Shown in pieces: positions 14,510 through 28,557 of a DNA stretch of 64,000 nt. The notes beneath the pieces are model-generated. The model worked only from the letters and a program-made list of their open reading frames with translations, was not told the DNA's origin and did no database searches. The stretch's first letter is position 1. The number at the start of each line of letters is the position of its first letter. Source of the DNA: Chrysomallon squamiferum (taxonomy: Eukaryota; Animalia; Mollusca); NCBI GenBank assembly GCA_012295275.1, contig CM022665.1, positions 9,982,001 through 10,046,000 of the forward strand. Reading direction: 5' to 3'. The position numbers and the translations under genes were made by a program.

Positions 14510-14736
14510 CATACAAACACAAGAAGAAGAAACCTGACATTCTGAACTGAATAAAGTTAAAAAAATAAGAAAGTGACCTGTTGATGACATAAGACATGGT
14601 TTCAGATAGAGTTTACCAAACAATAATTAATAATAGTTCATGTAATACAAGAAGAAGAAATCTGACATTCCAACCTGAACAGAAGACAGAGAGAGAGAAG
14701 AAAATAAACTGTTGATGACATAACACATAGTTTCAT
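14510..14736. repeat. Diverged tandem dimer, about 130-bp period
   Basis: caagaagaagaaa(c/t)ctgacattc ... ctgttgatgacataa(g/c)acat(g/a)gtttca occurs twice. Confidence 0.75.
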
Positions 14737-17700
14737 CTACAGGCATTTAAGTTGACCTCATCATGTTAAGTAAATGTCAAAAGTGTCCTGAGAGATGTTT
14801 AAATTAAAGAGATGTGTTAAGCAGTTCATAATTCTTGTTGAATTAAAAATTCATACCTACTTTATCAAATCTTTACAGAAACATTAATGCATTAAGAACC
14901 TTAGTGCCAACAGTATATGTTACTTTATACAGTTAATGATTTATATATTTCATTATTTGTTCTTAATTATTAATGTGTACTGGACACAAAACGTATGTTT
15001 GTTTTTTTGTTCTGTAATGATGTCACTACTTCATGGATACTCTTCCAGACAAGAAACTAAATCTATAATGCTTAAAAATAGTCCTTGGGGTATTTCTTCC
15101 ATATTACATATCACTTACACATGTTTAAAAAAATAATATCTTAAAATATTCAGAAAAATAACTGCTGAATGAGGATGTCCTTGGTACATGACAGCTAGGT
15201 ACAAATTGTTAACTATTTAATTCATCCATTTTAGTAACTTTTTAGTAGTATATAATAGTGAATGATAGGTAACTGCTCAGTGAGAAGGACTTTAATATTA
15301 CGCTTTATAATGTCAGGAACACAAAATGTTAATTATATTAATTACTTTTCAGTAGTACATTATAGTGTATGATACATAATTGCCAAACAAGGAATTTGAT
15401 AATAAAGTTTAAAAAGTCAGCTCAAGTAAGCTAAATAGTTAAAATATGTAATACTGCATAAATACTGAACAAAATTAACTTACTGTGAATAAGGTGTTAA
15501 ATCATTCTGTACTTTTTTGTGTCTAATTCACAGCAAAAAGTAAACTCTGTTGATAAATGCAAACTAAAGTACATATACCCTAACCTTTACTTTTCGTCAC
15601 ACAGCCAAAACGAATTAAAACATCAAACAGTACACTCCTCAAATATTTAATGAAATTCCATCACAACCATGTAGAATTATCTTGATTAAAACAATGTGTA
15701 AATGACACACAGTAATAAACTGACTAGCTGAAGATACACCTGTTGAAGTGTACCTGTATATGATAAGCATTCATATATCAGTGCACCATGACTTGTTAAC
15801 TCAATATACAGTACATTAATTCCTCAACCACTTAATGCTGTGACAACAGAGCAGTGAGTGTGCCAGACTTCTATACACAAACTTGTGACCCAGTAAGTGT
15901 ACAATAACCCATCTTCACTCATTCATAACTTTTTGTTGTTGTTTTTTACTCCAGGGCTTGAACGTAAGTGTATATGAGTGAAATAATGTTAATAAAACAC
16001 TCCTACATAATAATAATGTAAATCCAAGTGTGTGGGAGATTGTTTTTCTGTTTATTTTTAAAATGGACAATGGTAAAATCTCAACAGACACAAAAGGATA
16101 AATTCCCCAGAAATGGTTGTCTATGACAAAAATTTTAATTATTCTAAATGTAATCAAATAATATCATAAGTATATAAATAAACCCATTGATAATGTTATC
16201 TTTTGTTTACAGTTAGTTTTTAATTTAGAAGAAAAAGGTATTTTTTATTCATTATAACTTTTATTTCAGATAAATTAGGTTAATACTATAAATATCTGAT
16301 GAGTAACCAGACATTCAAAACATCAGTTTGAGACCAACACTTCAATTAGTGAATCAACTATGTGAAATGTCCTTAATTGTACTGAAGATTCAAGCATGTC
16401 TGTCTTTTGTACATATCCAATAACATGAAATATCTGCTAAGATATGATCTGACATTTAAAACTATTACTGAATAAAAATGTAAGTACCACAACTAATTCA
16501 CTCAACTTCCAACTGTCATTAAAGGCTAAGGTGTAATGGTATCTATCAAGTGATGATTCAGTAATAGTAGAAGATCATAGATCAGATTTAAGATATATTT
16601 ATTGTATTTAAATTTTTTTTTATAAAGATGCATAATATTGCATGATTTAATGACTATTAAAATAATAAAATGAATGTTTGTCCACTTTGCTGAAGAAGAT
16701 TTAAAAACAAAAACAGTATTATAATCATTATATCAGTGAAATGTCTGTATAAGATACAGATTTTCAAAATTGTTCCTCTATGCACTAAATATTCCTAATT
16801 GCCTATGTTTGTATTTCACTTCATAGAGTGGAATATACAAGTGTTTGTTTATTCTGGTACACGAGAGAGTGGGGTTCTCTAGAAATATTAAATCTCTTAC
16901 ACAAAATCAACCCTTATAAAAATAAACGAGTAATTCAAGATGTATATTTGAAATAAGATAATTCATTTAAAAAAAGAGAAGCTTTCTTTCTTATTCAGCC
17001 TTGACTAGTCTGTATTCTCTGTTAATAAATATAACTGGTAACCTGAACTTTTGAAATATAAAGGAATGTATACCGTGAAAAATAAGATAATAATAAAGTT
17101 TTATATTCAGCATTATCCAGAAGTGGTTTGGTACTTGTCTCATATGACATCAGCCAGACTATCAGTTTCAAGAATACCACTGAGTTATTTCACATGGTAC
17201 TTGTATGTTATAATAGACTAACATGTTTTTCTTAACCTTGAAACTGTGTACTTACTAAATTCCATCACTGCCATTAACTAACAGTAAAAGTTTAGAGAAA
17301 AGAACTAGAATTTTTACAAAACCCTATCTCACAGACTATAGCAACTTTTCTCATATTCCTGATAAAATGTACTTGCTTTGTCCTGATTAACTAATTATAA
17401 AAGCTTAGAGAAAATATTTTTCTTGTTAAGTTTTAGAACTTTCAAATTTCATGGAGTTTTCAGGAGATTTTTTAAAATTGTTAATATTATTATATTTTTT
17501 AAAATAGTTTCTTTCACACACACACACACACACACGTATGTATTCTTGAGAAAATGAACATGGAAAATTCTTCCCTATCATTAAGTAGTAGTAAAATCTA
17601 CTAGAGGTAAAATTTGTTTTAACAATATCATTATTATACAGAAGTAAAAACTCTGAGAAAAGGTATTTTATGGGATAATTTTACACAGTATCTTGGTAAT

Positions 17701-19107
17701 AATATGTTAAATATCAAACAGTCTCTAATTCGAAATGTTCTAATAGCTTATCTGTTGTGAATATGTCATCACCAATAAATTACCAATAAAAGCCTGTTTT
17801 CCTCGTAACCAAAAATATATGTATTTTCCTTTCTAACAAGAATTGTTTTGGAGAAGGTTTTTGAAGATATATGTATGTTTTTGGTTTCAGGTTAATATAT
17901 TATCAACTGGTCTTATCTAATTTTAGCTCTTTAAAACTATATATATTTAGTTACAAGTCTGAAAGGTTTCTGTTAAAAAAGAAATTCCAGTTTCCAGGCC
18001 TGTTTTTCTGGCAAGAAACTGTTTTGTTATTGTGATAACAATTTAAATGAAATAAATGTCAATCATGTGTATTTCTTTTGTATGTTGTCATTAGGAGTAC
18101 AAATTAGGTCATACTAGACAGAAATGTACTGATTATGATACTAGGTTCAGATAACATTACAGCAGGTTCTTTCTATCATTTTGGTATAATGCTCTTCCTC
18201 TTGTGTGCAACACTGAACTGAATATTATTATTATCTGATTTCTTATGATATGCTTTCCTCTGTATTCTGAAATTTCCTTTTATGTTCAAGTACAAAATTC
18301 TGATTATTAAAGCTTTTACAAGTTATTAAACCAAATATGATATAATAAAATTATTTTAACAGACAATGTGTCACAACTTTGTTCAGTGATAAATAATTTA
18401 ATTTTAATAAATGCCAAATTACAGGTAAAGTTTTCACACAATCATACAAAAGTATATGTTACTGACTTTATTTTTTATTTATTTATGCATCACTCTGATT
18501 TTACTTTGTATTCAAGCCAAATATAACCTGCCCTAGAGATTTAAATATATAAAAGTGCACGTGTCTATAAAGAGAAAATACAAGTGCCACACATAATATG
18601 TTGAAGTAAAGGTTTTGTATATATTTGGTTCTTTTTTTACTTTTTAATGTTTTGCTTTTTGCTTTTTATTTTTTAACATGTTTATCCACCTGGTTGTAAA
18701 CAATATCTTATTTTCTTTGCAGTTTAAAAACAAAATAAAAGTTAAGGTGATGAATTGGTAGAATAGAGTACAAGTTAATGTATAAAATTTATTCAGTGTT
18801 ATTCACTTCAAAATTAAATCTTTGATGATAATTTTAAGTATTGTTTTTAACAAATAATAGAGTCTAAAGAAAAAATAAATTAGTTAAAGCTTAAATAATA
18901 GAAATAAAATCAGAGATTAACTATACCCAAGTTGATATAAAAAACTGCTTAAAGCATTTGAAAAAATCACCTTTAAATAAAACAGTAACAATGATTTATT
19001 TGTTTGTTGTTAGATTTGATTTGTTATGTTTTGTTTTCTAGACCTTAAAAATTATGTAGACCTTAATGATATCTGACGAATTTTAATATTTAAAATTTAT
19101 TATTTAC

Positions 19108-19224
19108 CTGAGCTTTTGGATGCTGACTCAGCTGAAGGTCATCACTGGGGAAACGCCTCTGAACCATTTCTGTGATCTCATTATTCATTGTATCTTTTAT
19201 TTCATCTTCTTTTTCTTGAACCAT
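19108..19224 (-). CDS. 117-nt linker exon copy C: MVQEKEDEIKDTMNNEITEMVQRRFPSDDLQLSQHPKAQ
   Basis: Phase 0-0, acceptor atttttacag and donor gtaaat, open frame. Paralogous to 21549-21665 and 22184-22300. Confidence 0.8.
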
Positions 19225-19805
19225 CTGTAAAAATAATGCACCCATTTAATACTTCAGACTTATATAGAAAGTATGAAAAAATAAGTAAATAAGTAAATAA
19301 AATAAAAAATTGATAATGAAAAGCATATATTTCATTACTCTTCAGTATTGTGTCATTATACTGTAACCAGACAAATGATTATATGCATGCAGCATCACTT
19401 TACATGTCACTGCCCTTTAATATTCATTCATTAAATAATAAATAAATTCAATTCATAGAAAGAAAAAGCTATTGTAAAAAAAAAAAAATAAAAAAAAAAT
19501 ATAAATGTTCTAAAGGATTTTGTTCTGGGGTGTTTTTAGTGTTGTATTTTTTTTTTTTTTTTATTATAAATATATATTTATTAAACTCTTATAATATTAC
19601 ATGCTAGACTTTTATTTATTTTTTTGATGTTTTTTGTTTGTTTTGTTTGTTTGTTGTTGTTGTTTGTTTGTTTTTATTGTTTTTTTTGTTGTTTTGTTTT
19701 TTGGTTATTGTTGTAAATCTAAGAAGAAAGAAAACCCATAGACTCTACTCTCTAGGTTACTTTTTCATGTTATCAGCAAGAAATCTTTTATATGCACCTT
19801 CCAGT

Positions 19806-20246
19806 ATTCTATTTCTTGTTATTATAAAACATGTTAATTATATCAGATTATTTTTTTTTTCCCCTCCACTTTTAAATCTGATATTCTTCAAAACTGTTTT
19901 CAGTTCACACTCTTATATTTTATCCTCTTTTTGCTGAAAGATGTGTTTTTTCTCCCTTTATAATTAAACTCACTTCATCTTCAACAATATTTCTATCACA
20001 ATGATATGTGAGCCCTTTTCTGAAATCTCAATTTGCCCCTGCTGTGGTGTATAATATATGAAGATGACTGTTCTTTCAGGTTAGCATGTGAACTGCGATG
20101 GGGACAAAATTGTCACAGGTGACTGACTAAAGAACAATTTGTGTGTAAATTATAAATTATGATTTGTGTGTTTCTCTACTTATTCATGCAGGTCAGTGTA
20201 AACTCTCTTCTTAGAGAAGATGGGCTGACCTGCTGTCCTTACATTT
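19806..20246. repeat. Direct duplication copy 1 (about 440 bp) of 27608-28047; contains a minus-strand donor GAA/gtgagt at 19974
   Basis: Read-through comparison shows about 2 differences. Degenerate similarity continues to about 20690 versus about 28460. Confidence 0.93.
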
Positions 20247-20359
20247 TTGTTTAACCCATAGGTTATATGCAAATTCAAACAATTAATTACCACATGAAAA
20301 AGAAGATTTTTAAAAATAATTATCCATTCAGATACATTTTTGTATCGATACATATTAAT

Positions 20360-20396
<37 letters not shown>

Positions 20397-21548
20397 CATA
20401 CATGCACACACACACACACACACATATATATATACAGACATTTCCAATGTGATATACACATTATTCTAAATGCAACCACACTCACATGTAAAAACCTGTT
20501 CATATATATGAATATCATTTTGATACATAACATCCCTTTTATTAACTACTCAGACAAAAGATTGATAAATGGATGAATATAGAATAAAAATTAATAGATG
20601 GTAGAATTGAAAAGGTAAATGTTTTTATAAGTGAAGTTAAAATTTTATTCTTCAATTTTTAATACAAACTACATTAAATATGTCTCTTTCTCTAACTCTC
20701 TGTAATTCTCCATTTTATTGGCACTTTTTCTTTATTTTGTTTTTTTTTTTTTTTTTCTTTCTCTGACTTCCTTCTTTCACTTTTATTTTCTATTTCCCTA
20801 TATCTCTTTGTTTTTTCCACTATATCATTTCCATGATGTCTAAAAGCTGACAATATTAAAATCTGTTTAGAGCAAACAATCAGCTTTAATGGAATATGTA
20901 ATATTTTTGCAACTCCCCTTAAATCCAGGCTTCATAAGTGGCATATTTACTTTTGCTGTAAAAGTTTTATGATCATTTCAAGCTCAAGTCAAATCTTTTT
21001 TTTCAAATAACTTAAAGAAATTTTTCCATTAATGTTTCCAATTTGAACTGCAAACATTTTTGCTAAATTAAATTTGAATTTAGACTACAGTTTAAAAATC
21101 CCTATAAATATTATTATTATTCTGTACCTATTCATGCAGGATAGGGGATATCATATTTTTTTTTTTTAATCATTGCCATTGCACCATTTTTTATCTTAGA
21201 ATAACAACCAAATCTTTCCACATAAAAGTATTCGTTAGAATTTTTTCTTCATGATTACAAAAATTTGTTACCCTCCAAAAAATCAGACCAGTTTACTAAT
21301 GCATTTATTTATTTTTGTAGAAGAAATCCATCAACATAAGAAAGAAAAAATATGGAAGACTGTGTATTTGTTGTTTATTAACTAAACAAGAAGTAAATAA
21401 TTAAATAACAGTTTCTAATATAATTCTCATATATATCTCCTTTTCACTGGTTAATTTAAATGTCAAAATGAATCATCTTATTCATTAAGGTAAAATATGA
21501 AACATAATGATATCTGATGAATTTTAATATTTAAAATTTATTATTTAC

Positions 21549-21665
21549 CTGAGCTTTTGGATGCTGACTCAGCTGAATGTCATCACTGGGGAAATGCCTC
21601 TGAACCATTTCTGTGATCTCATTATTCATTGTATCTTTTATTTCATCTTCTTTTTCTTGAACCAT
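21549..21665 (-). CDS. 117-nt linker exon copy B: MVQEKEDEIKDTMNNEITEMVQRHFPSDDIQLSQHPKAQ
   Basis: Phase 0-0 with intact splice sites. It differs from copy C by 2 nt, both non-synonymous (R/H, L/I). Confidence 0.78.
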
Positions 21666-22183
21666 CTGTAAAAATAATGCACCCATTTAATACTTCAGAC
21701 TTATATAGAAAGTATGAAAAAATAAGTAAATAAGTAAATAAAATAATATTAATAATAAGTATATAAAGATTCTTTCTATGTTAAAACAACCAACAATTTA
21801 TTACAATATTATAATCAGACAAATGTGTTGTAAGACAGTTCCTGTTGGTTTAATTGGAACACAGGATTAGTTAAAGTACTGAAATTATCAGACAGCAGTT
21901 TTATTAGTCTGACGAGATGCTGCCATTCACCATAATTCTTTCTTGAATATGATAGAAAAAACTCCACTCAGGAGGATATAAAAAGTAACTAATTAAATAA
22001 CAATTTCTAATATAACTCTCATATATATCTCCTTTTTATAGGTTAATTTAAATGTCAGAATGAATCAGCTTCTTCATTAAGCTAAAATATAATATATAAA
22101 TAATAAAAAAAGAAGTACTTCAAAAATTTGTTTAGACCTTAATAATGTGTGATGAATTTTAAAACTTTTAATTTAATATTTAC

Positions 22184-22300
22184 CTGAGCCTGAGGTTGTT
22201 CACTGACCTGGAGGTCATCACTGGGGTAATACTTTTGAAGAGATTCTGTGTTATGTGCACTGCCAATCTCTTTTATATTGTATTCTTTTTCTTGGACCAT
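22184..22300 (-). CDS. 117-nt linker exon copy A: MVQEKEYNIKEIGSAHNTESLQKYYPSDDLQVSEQPQAQ
   Basis: Phase 0-0, acceptor ctttttacag and donor gtaaat. It lies within supplied ORF 22139..22360 and is a diverged paralogue of copies B and C with identical length. Confidence 0.8.
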
Positions 22301-25300
22301 CTGTAAAAAGGTATAATAAAAAGGGGTGATAAGTGGGTAATAAATATTTATTTCAAGCATAAACCAATTAGGCTCTCATTTTCCATTCCAACCAGTGATA
22401 CCTATATCACTTCATGTCTAATGGACACTTTTTAAAAAAGTGTTTAAAATATATCTTTCAAAATCATAATGACACTGGTGTGCTTTACTGTAAATGGTGC
22501 ATGTGAAGCTTGAAAATGTCATCTAAAGACTATGTCATAAACAGTAACTACTGAGATGCTACAGCTGATGATAAAAGTTATTCATTGTGTTCTAGTGGTG
22601 TTATTAGCTAAAGCAAACTTTTCATTTTTAGGTACAGGACAAATACACACTAAACAATGATATGTACATAAACCAATTTACAATAAAGTATTTACTTTAT
22701 GTTAACACACAAAAGTGACAACATTTTAAAGAAACAATATATCAGGTGACCTTGTTTAAGTGGTGGAAAATGACAGGGAACAAAAATATGGTTGTTACCT
22801 TTTGCAAACAAGGTCAGTTTTAGAAGTACAATTTTCACTCTTACCTTGTTCTATTGATACTGATATCTTAACTTAGTTTGAATGACAGTTTGAGCTGTTT
22901 AACTAGAACATTTAACAAAACCACTAATTCTGTTACATTGATTTTTTTTATACATCAGAAGGTAATAAAGCAAAACCCAGATGACAGTTTTAGTATTCTC
23001 TAAAAGTATGATCTATTCTTAATATTCTCAGACAAAGTTAAATGTAGACTCATTACAGACATTCGTAATCAGTTCTCTGATGGAAGCATGCAAAAAATTA
23101 TCCATATCCACAAATATAATAATTTTTGATTGAGATGACATACTTAAAGGTTTTCAAATAATTTGTATTATTTTCTAAGGACAGTTCCCAAGCCCAAACC
23201 AAATGCTTTTTTTTTTAGCTGTGACATTTCAGTTGTGACATACTCATGACCTGTTAATGATTTTCTTTCTTTTTGTGTATCTGTGACGTTTAGTAGAGGC
23301 CAACATTCAACATTCATGACAAATGTTCTAAACTTAATTAAATATTTTATCTATGTTAGACATTTTCTATTGTAAAAATTATAATCAAACCATCTTTTTA
23401 TTTCTTTCCTATTTTCATATTTTAAGGCAATGGTGTTATGACCTTTAGTTTTATTAGGAAATTCAAATTATCAACAAGCATGTATCATTAACACCATATT
23501 ATCCTCATTAATGCAAATAATAAGATTTTTGTTATGCTTGTTCTTTTTGTTTGTGTACACTTTCTAACTAACAAAACCACAATGTATAATTAGTCAAGAT
23601 TCAAAGTATTAGCAATGCAATGATTGTCAAATAGTTAAAAAGGAAAAAATACATCTAAATCATTTATTTTTAGTCACGTGGCTGAGAATTTCAACAGATT
23701 TAAGGGTTTGCCTTGTGGAAATGAATGTTTTTTAACATTCTCAGCACAATTATTTTCTCTTTTTTTTTTTTTACTTTGCATTTACCAAGTTCAAGTTTAA
23801 AGGCCTACATGCCAAATACCCAAACTTTTATTTTTAAAGTTGGAATGGACAAAAAATAGAACACTAGATGTTGGTTTTTGTCTCTAGTAATGTTCATGCT
23901 CACAAACATTTCACAGGCAAATGAAAAACTTGACTCTCTTCAAAAGAAAGAATGCCCCATGTTGGTACAAACCCAAGAGAACAGAAGATGAAAAAACAAG
24001 ATCCATTAAGAAAAAAAAAATGTCATGTTATATTGTACTAAGGGAGACAGACAATTTTATGAAGAAAAATTGTCAAAATGCTTAAATCAATCTGACATGA
24101 CAATTGGTCCTTTATCAAAGCTAGATTCTTTTAATGACTTTTGTCACACAATATTCTGAAATTTTTTTTTTTTTTTTTTTAAATGGAAAATATTATTTGT
24201 TTTCACAAATTTTACAAATATATTTCTAAAGTGAGAAATAACAATTTGTCTTTCGTACCAATAATAAATATTTAAAGAAATCAATAAGACATTAAAAAAA
24301 TGTTTAATTAACAATTGTAATGGTACCTAAAAAATTGACTTACACTGTATACATATACCTCAAAATGTGCACATCATTTCAGACATGTTAATACCAAAAT
24401 TCAGAACTATACTAATTCCTTCTAACAACTACATAACACTGTGCAAAAACTCAAAGCAAAGTATTTCAATACCAAATCACTGAATACTATGTACTACTTC
24501 CTTGTAATAACTTTAGAATTCTCTGCATGCAATACCAAAACTTTAGCTCATGGCTGTCAACAATAACTAATTCCTTTCATGTGATTTTTCATTAAAACTC
24601 ACACAAACACACACACACGCACGCAAGTGTGTGCGTGTGTGTGTGTGTGTGTGTATTGAAAAATAAAAACAGTTATATAAAGATTCTGTTGAATATTCCA
24701 GAAAGAAAGTCCATGTTTCACACTGATCTCAGTAAACATCGTAAGTAACTCTTCAAACACACATGGATAAAGCATTTTGTTAAAAGTCTGTGTCAGATTC
24801 TTCAACAGTGTTGCTCAAACATCACAGGGATAAGTTAGATCAGATGCCAAATAAATACTGTTTGGCACATGCGATTGTTTTTCAAAGTTACTATTTCTGA
24901 ATTGAATATATTCTATTTTTAATAAGTCAAAGAAGATTACAGGAGCATATATAACAGTAATTCATTGTTGAGTTGATTACCTTCTACATACCTTTTTACT
25001 TACAAGGTCTTTGATATTATGTATTATGTCATGGCCAATAGTTTCACTTAGTGTGTAATAATTTGTTATATTCTTTTAATATGGATCATGTTTAATGTTT
25101 CTAACTCATTGCAATGCATCGTTTTTAGCTGTAAATTTGGTCAATACTGATAGGATTAATAGGGAACAAGAGAAAAAAATATTAATAAGAAAAAAAAAGA
25201 GAAAAATTAAAAGTGAAATACAGTACTTAAGTAATAATTATTACAAAAAAAAAAAACTCTGAAGACAAAATAATTAAAATAGAACAATTAAGGTCAAAAT

Positions 25301-25426
25301 ATATGTCAAAGAAGTTATCATATTATATTATTACAGTAAACAACAAAAGATTAAATAATAACAGTATAGAAATATCTGAGATCACAGACAAAGACTAGTA
25401 CAAACATGAATTGTTAGTAAACTTAC

Positions 25427-25537
25427 TGCATTCACTCTCTTGGATGCCTTACACAGATCTGCAAACTCAGGCTGAGAGACATCTGTCTTGTTCAGCTGAT
25501 CTGTGAGGTACTCATCATATCTGGCAACCCGATTAAT
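25427..25537 (-). CDS. DH (RhoGEF)-like domain C-terminal exon: INRVARYDEYLTDQLNKTDVSQPEFADLCKASKRVNA
   Basis: 111 nt, phase 0-0, acceptor tttttttacag and donor gtaagt. It aligns by eye with the DH consensus PVQRIPRY.LLL..LLK.T...HPDY..L..A...+. Confidence 0.88.
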
Positions 25538-26520
25538 CTGTAAAAAAACAACATAATTCAAATCAATAAAATGTCATGTATTAGATATGTATGCATCTTA
25601 ATGACTAGAATTAAAAGGAACATGGCATTAGCTGAAGATTTGAAATTTTCAGAGCAACAATTAATTTGATGAGATGCTGCCATCTAAGGGGTTGTCAAAT
25701 ATAACATCCATCTATTGTAATTCTTTCCTGAAAAAGGTAACAAAAGCTAAATATATATGAAAGGTATATGCAGAGAGTGATGTGATTAATTGAAATTGTC
25801 ACACAATAGTGATGATTAATCTGATGAAGTACTGCTGTACACCATACTTTTTTTCTTTGATAATAGCTCCACACAGGAGATAGTTTCATAAAAATGTTCA
25901 TCTTATGAAAAAGTTGTCATATCTTAATAATGTCAATAAATATGGTCTCTTGTTCCTTCATACTGATAGTCTGGCAATTAAGCTACAAACGAGGGAGTGT
26001 AAACACAACTGTCATGTGATGAATTGGGGTTAGTTAAAACATTAGGGACCACTGGCATAAATTATGTTTGAGAATTAATTGCAAGGACTGTAAGAAATTA
26101 GGAACAACCAGAATTCTTATAGACATTACAGGAAAAAAGGTTATCAGAAGAGTGTGATTTCCAAGTTTCTGAAACTGAAGGGTTTAATATTATCCTGGAT
26201 ATGTCTGATAAGACTGCTGAAGGGAAATCTTGAATAATACTACAGCAGACAAGTCATTAGTCATATGGATGAAGATAAACTGAAATTTAAATTACTGATA
26301 TGTTGCAGTCAAAATGAATGTTATGACCAATATTTTGTTTCCTATACACTGATGACATTTCTGTTCATGAAAAATAAAATGTGGTATCTGAGCCACTGAC
26401 ACCAGCCAGTGGAGATGACTAGCACTGTACCCCTTATACAGGTGTTTTATGTTGATTTTTATTTTAAATAGATTATATTGAATTCCATCAATTAGTCAAG
26501 GAATTTAGGTATTATGTTTG

Positions 26521-26629
26521 TAATATACATTTATATGGTTATTACTAGTTTAGATTTGTTTCAAATAATATTTTTATAATATACATTTATATAGTTATTA
26601 CTAGTTTAGATTTGTTTCAAATAATATTT
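26521..26629. repeat. Tandem duplication, 56-bp unit x about 2
   Basis: taatatacatttatat(g/a)gttattactagtttagatttgtttcaaataatattt starts at 26521 and 26577. Confidence 0.9.
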
Positions 26630-26684
26630 AAGCAGTATGGCCAACATTCTCCAATACTGTTTTTAAATAAAAATATTATTATTT

Positions 26685-26726
<42 letters not shown>

Positions 26727-27607
26727 TGTGTGTCTGAAAAAAATGTTAAGTAAAACTTCAGTACATTTTAATTTTTAAAGGTATGAATTATAATGTTTTT
26801 TATATATTGATAAAAAAAAAAAAAAAAAAAAATCATGTTACATCTTTGGAAGCAATTTTTATACATTTTCATTTATAAATATAAAACAGAAAACCAATTT
26901 TTTAATAAATCAGTCATCTGTCATTTTAAACATTGCAAACACAAAATAATTATACTTCTTTAACTTTATATTATTTTCAGTCACAAGTCTAAGATATTTC
27001 AGTACTGTTATTTTTTAATCCTCTTGTTTATAGCTGTATGTGTTTGTGTATATGTGTTTACAATACACTAACACAATTCTTCTTAATATATTAACTTTTA
27101 TTCTATTTCTGTTTTCTTTTTCTTTTTCCATTTTTTTTCTTTTTTTTCAGTGCTGGCTGTCATTTATTTTTATCATTTCAGTATACCAAAGTACTTATTT
27201 CAAATAAGTATATATGTATGGACATAAGAAATTACATCAGATTATAATTCCCAAAATGAAAATGAAAATTATTAAATTTATTGAAAATATTTTTTATTCT
27301 TTAAATACAGAAATCTATTTCCATCCACTTTTTACCATTTTCAGATACACATATGCCTTTGTTTACAAAATTAAAAATATTTTCTAATACAAAAAATAAC
27401 TGTTTAATAAAGTTTCTTTTACCACTGAGTAAATGTATTTATTTCTCTGTTTTCATATTGCAGTTCTGATGTACTGTGAATATTACTAAACAATACTATT
27501 ATATTACTGGCTACTAAACATGTTTTTTGTACATTATGACATGAGATGCTACTTCCTATGTTACATTTTCAGTAGATGCAATATTCCTTATATGTGCAAC
27601 TTCCCAC

Positions 27608-28047
27608 ATTCTATTTCTTGTTATTATAAAACATGTTAATTATATCAGATTTTTTTTTTTTTCCCCTCCACTTTTAAATCTGATATTCTTCAAAACTGTT
27701 TTCAGTTCACACTCTTATATTTTATCCTCTTTTTGCTGAAAGATGTGTTTTTTCTCCTTTATAATTAAACTCACTTCATCTTCAACAATATTTCTATCAC
27801 AATGATATGTGAGCCCTTTTCTGAAATCTCAATTTGCCCCTGCTGTGGTGTATAATATATGAAGATGACTGTTCTTTCAGGTTAGCATGTGAACTGCGAT
27901 GGGGACAAAATTGTCACAGGTGACTGACTAAAGAACAATTTGTGTGTAAATTATAAATTATGATTTGTGTGTTTCTCTACTTATTCATGCAGGTCAGTGT
28001 AAACTCTCTTCTTAGAGAAGATGGGCTGACCTGCTGTCCTTACATTT
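27608..28047. repeat. Direct duplication copy 2 of 19806-20246; minus-strand donor GAA/gtgagt at 27775
   Basis: Same sequence from attctatttcttg to ctgtccttacattt, offset about 7.8 kb. Confidence 0.93.
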
Positions 28048-28454
28048 AACAAACTATCAAACCAAATTAAGACAATGAAATGCCACACAAAAAAGATTTT
28101 AAAAAATACTTATGCATCCAGATACAATTCTGTATCAACACATATCAATATATATATAGGTGTGGATGCACACCCACACACCCACACACTCACAGACACC
28201 TACACACACACAGACACTCACACACACATACATCTATCTAAACACTTAAGGGAATATATGAATAAAGTTTTGATACATAAACATTGCTTTTTATTAGCTG
28301 TCATATAGGACAGTGATAAAACTACTGAGATGATGGATTGATAAATGGATGAACACAGAAAAAAAGATTAATGGATGGTTAAATTGAAAAGCTAACTGTT
28401 TGTAAAGTGAAGTTATATTTTGTATCTTTCATTTTAATAGAAACCATTCTTAAT

Positions 28455-28557
<103 letters not shown>

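Larger units (their letters stand above)
19064..21746. repeat. 242-bp near-identical direct duplication: 19064-19305 versus 21505-21746 (117-nt exon plus flanks)
   Basis: Constant offset of 2441. I saw 3 substitutions, two of them CpG>TpG. Confidence 0.93.

Noticed and set aside
19638-19937. 99-aa hydrophobic ORF resembling a signal or transmembrane protein
   Set aside because: It comes from T/G low-complexity sequence plus a decayed repeat, starts at TTG, and has no splice support.
20180-20576. Three overlapping ORFs (CVCV/HTHT-rich)
   Set aside because: They are translations of a (CA)n/(TA)n microsatellite. The same applies to the ORFs at 24599, 28075, 28379 and 57188.
24601-24655. Inverted repeat or hairpin
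   Set aside because: It is only adjacent (CA)n and (TG)n tracts, with no evidence for a structured RNA.
27775-27820. 46-nt coding exon KGLTYHCDRNIVEDE (also 19974-20019)
   Set aside because: The acceptor is purine-rich with nearby upstream AGs, and its phase-2 start does not follow the phase-0 DH donor. I kept it only as the possible end of a non-coding first exon.
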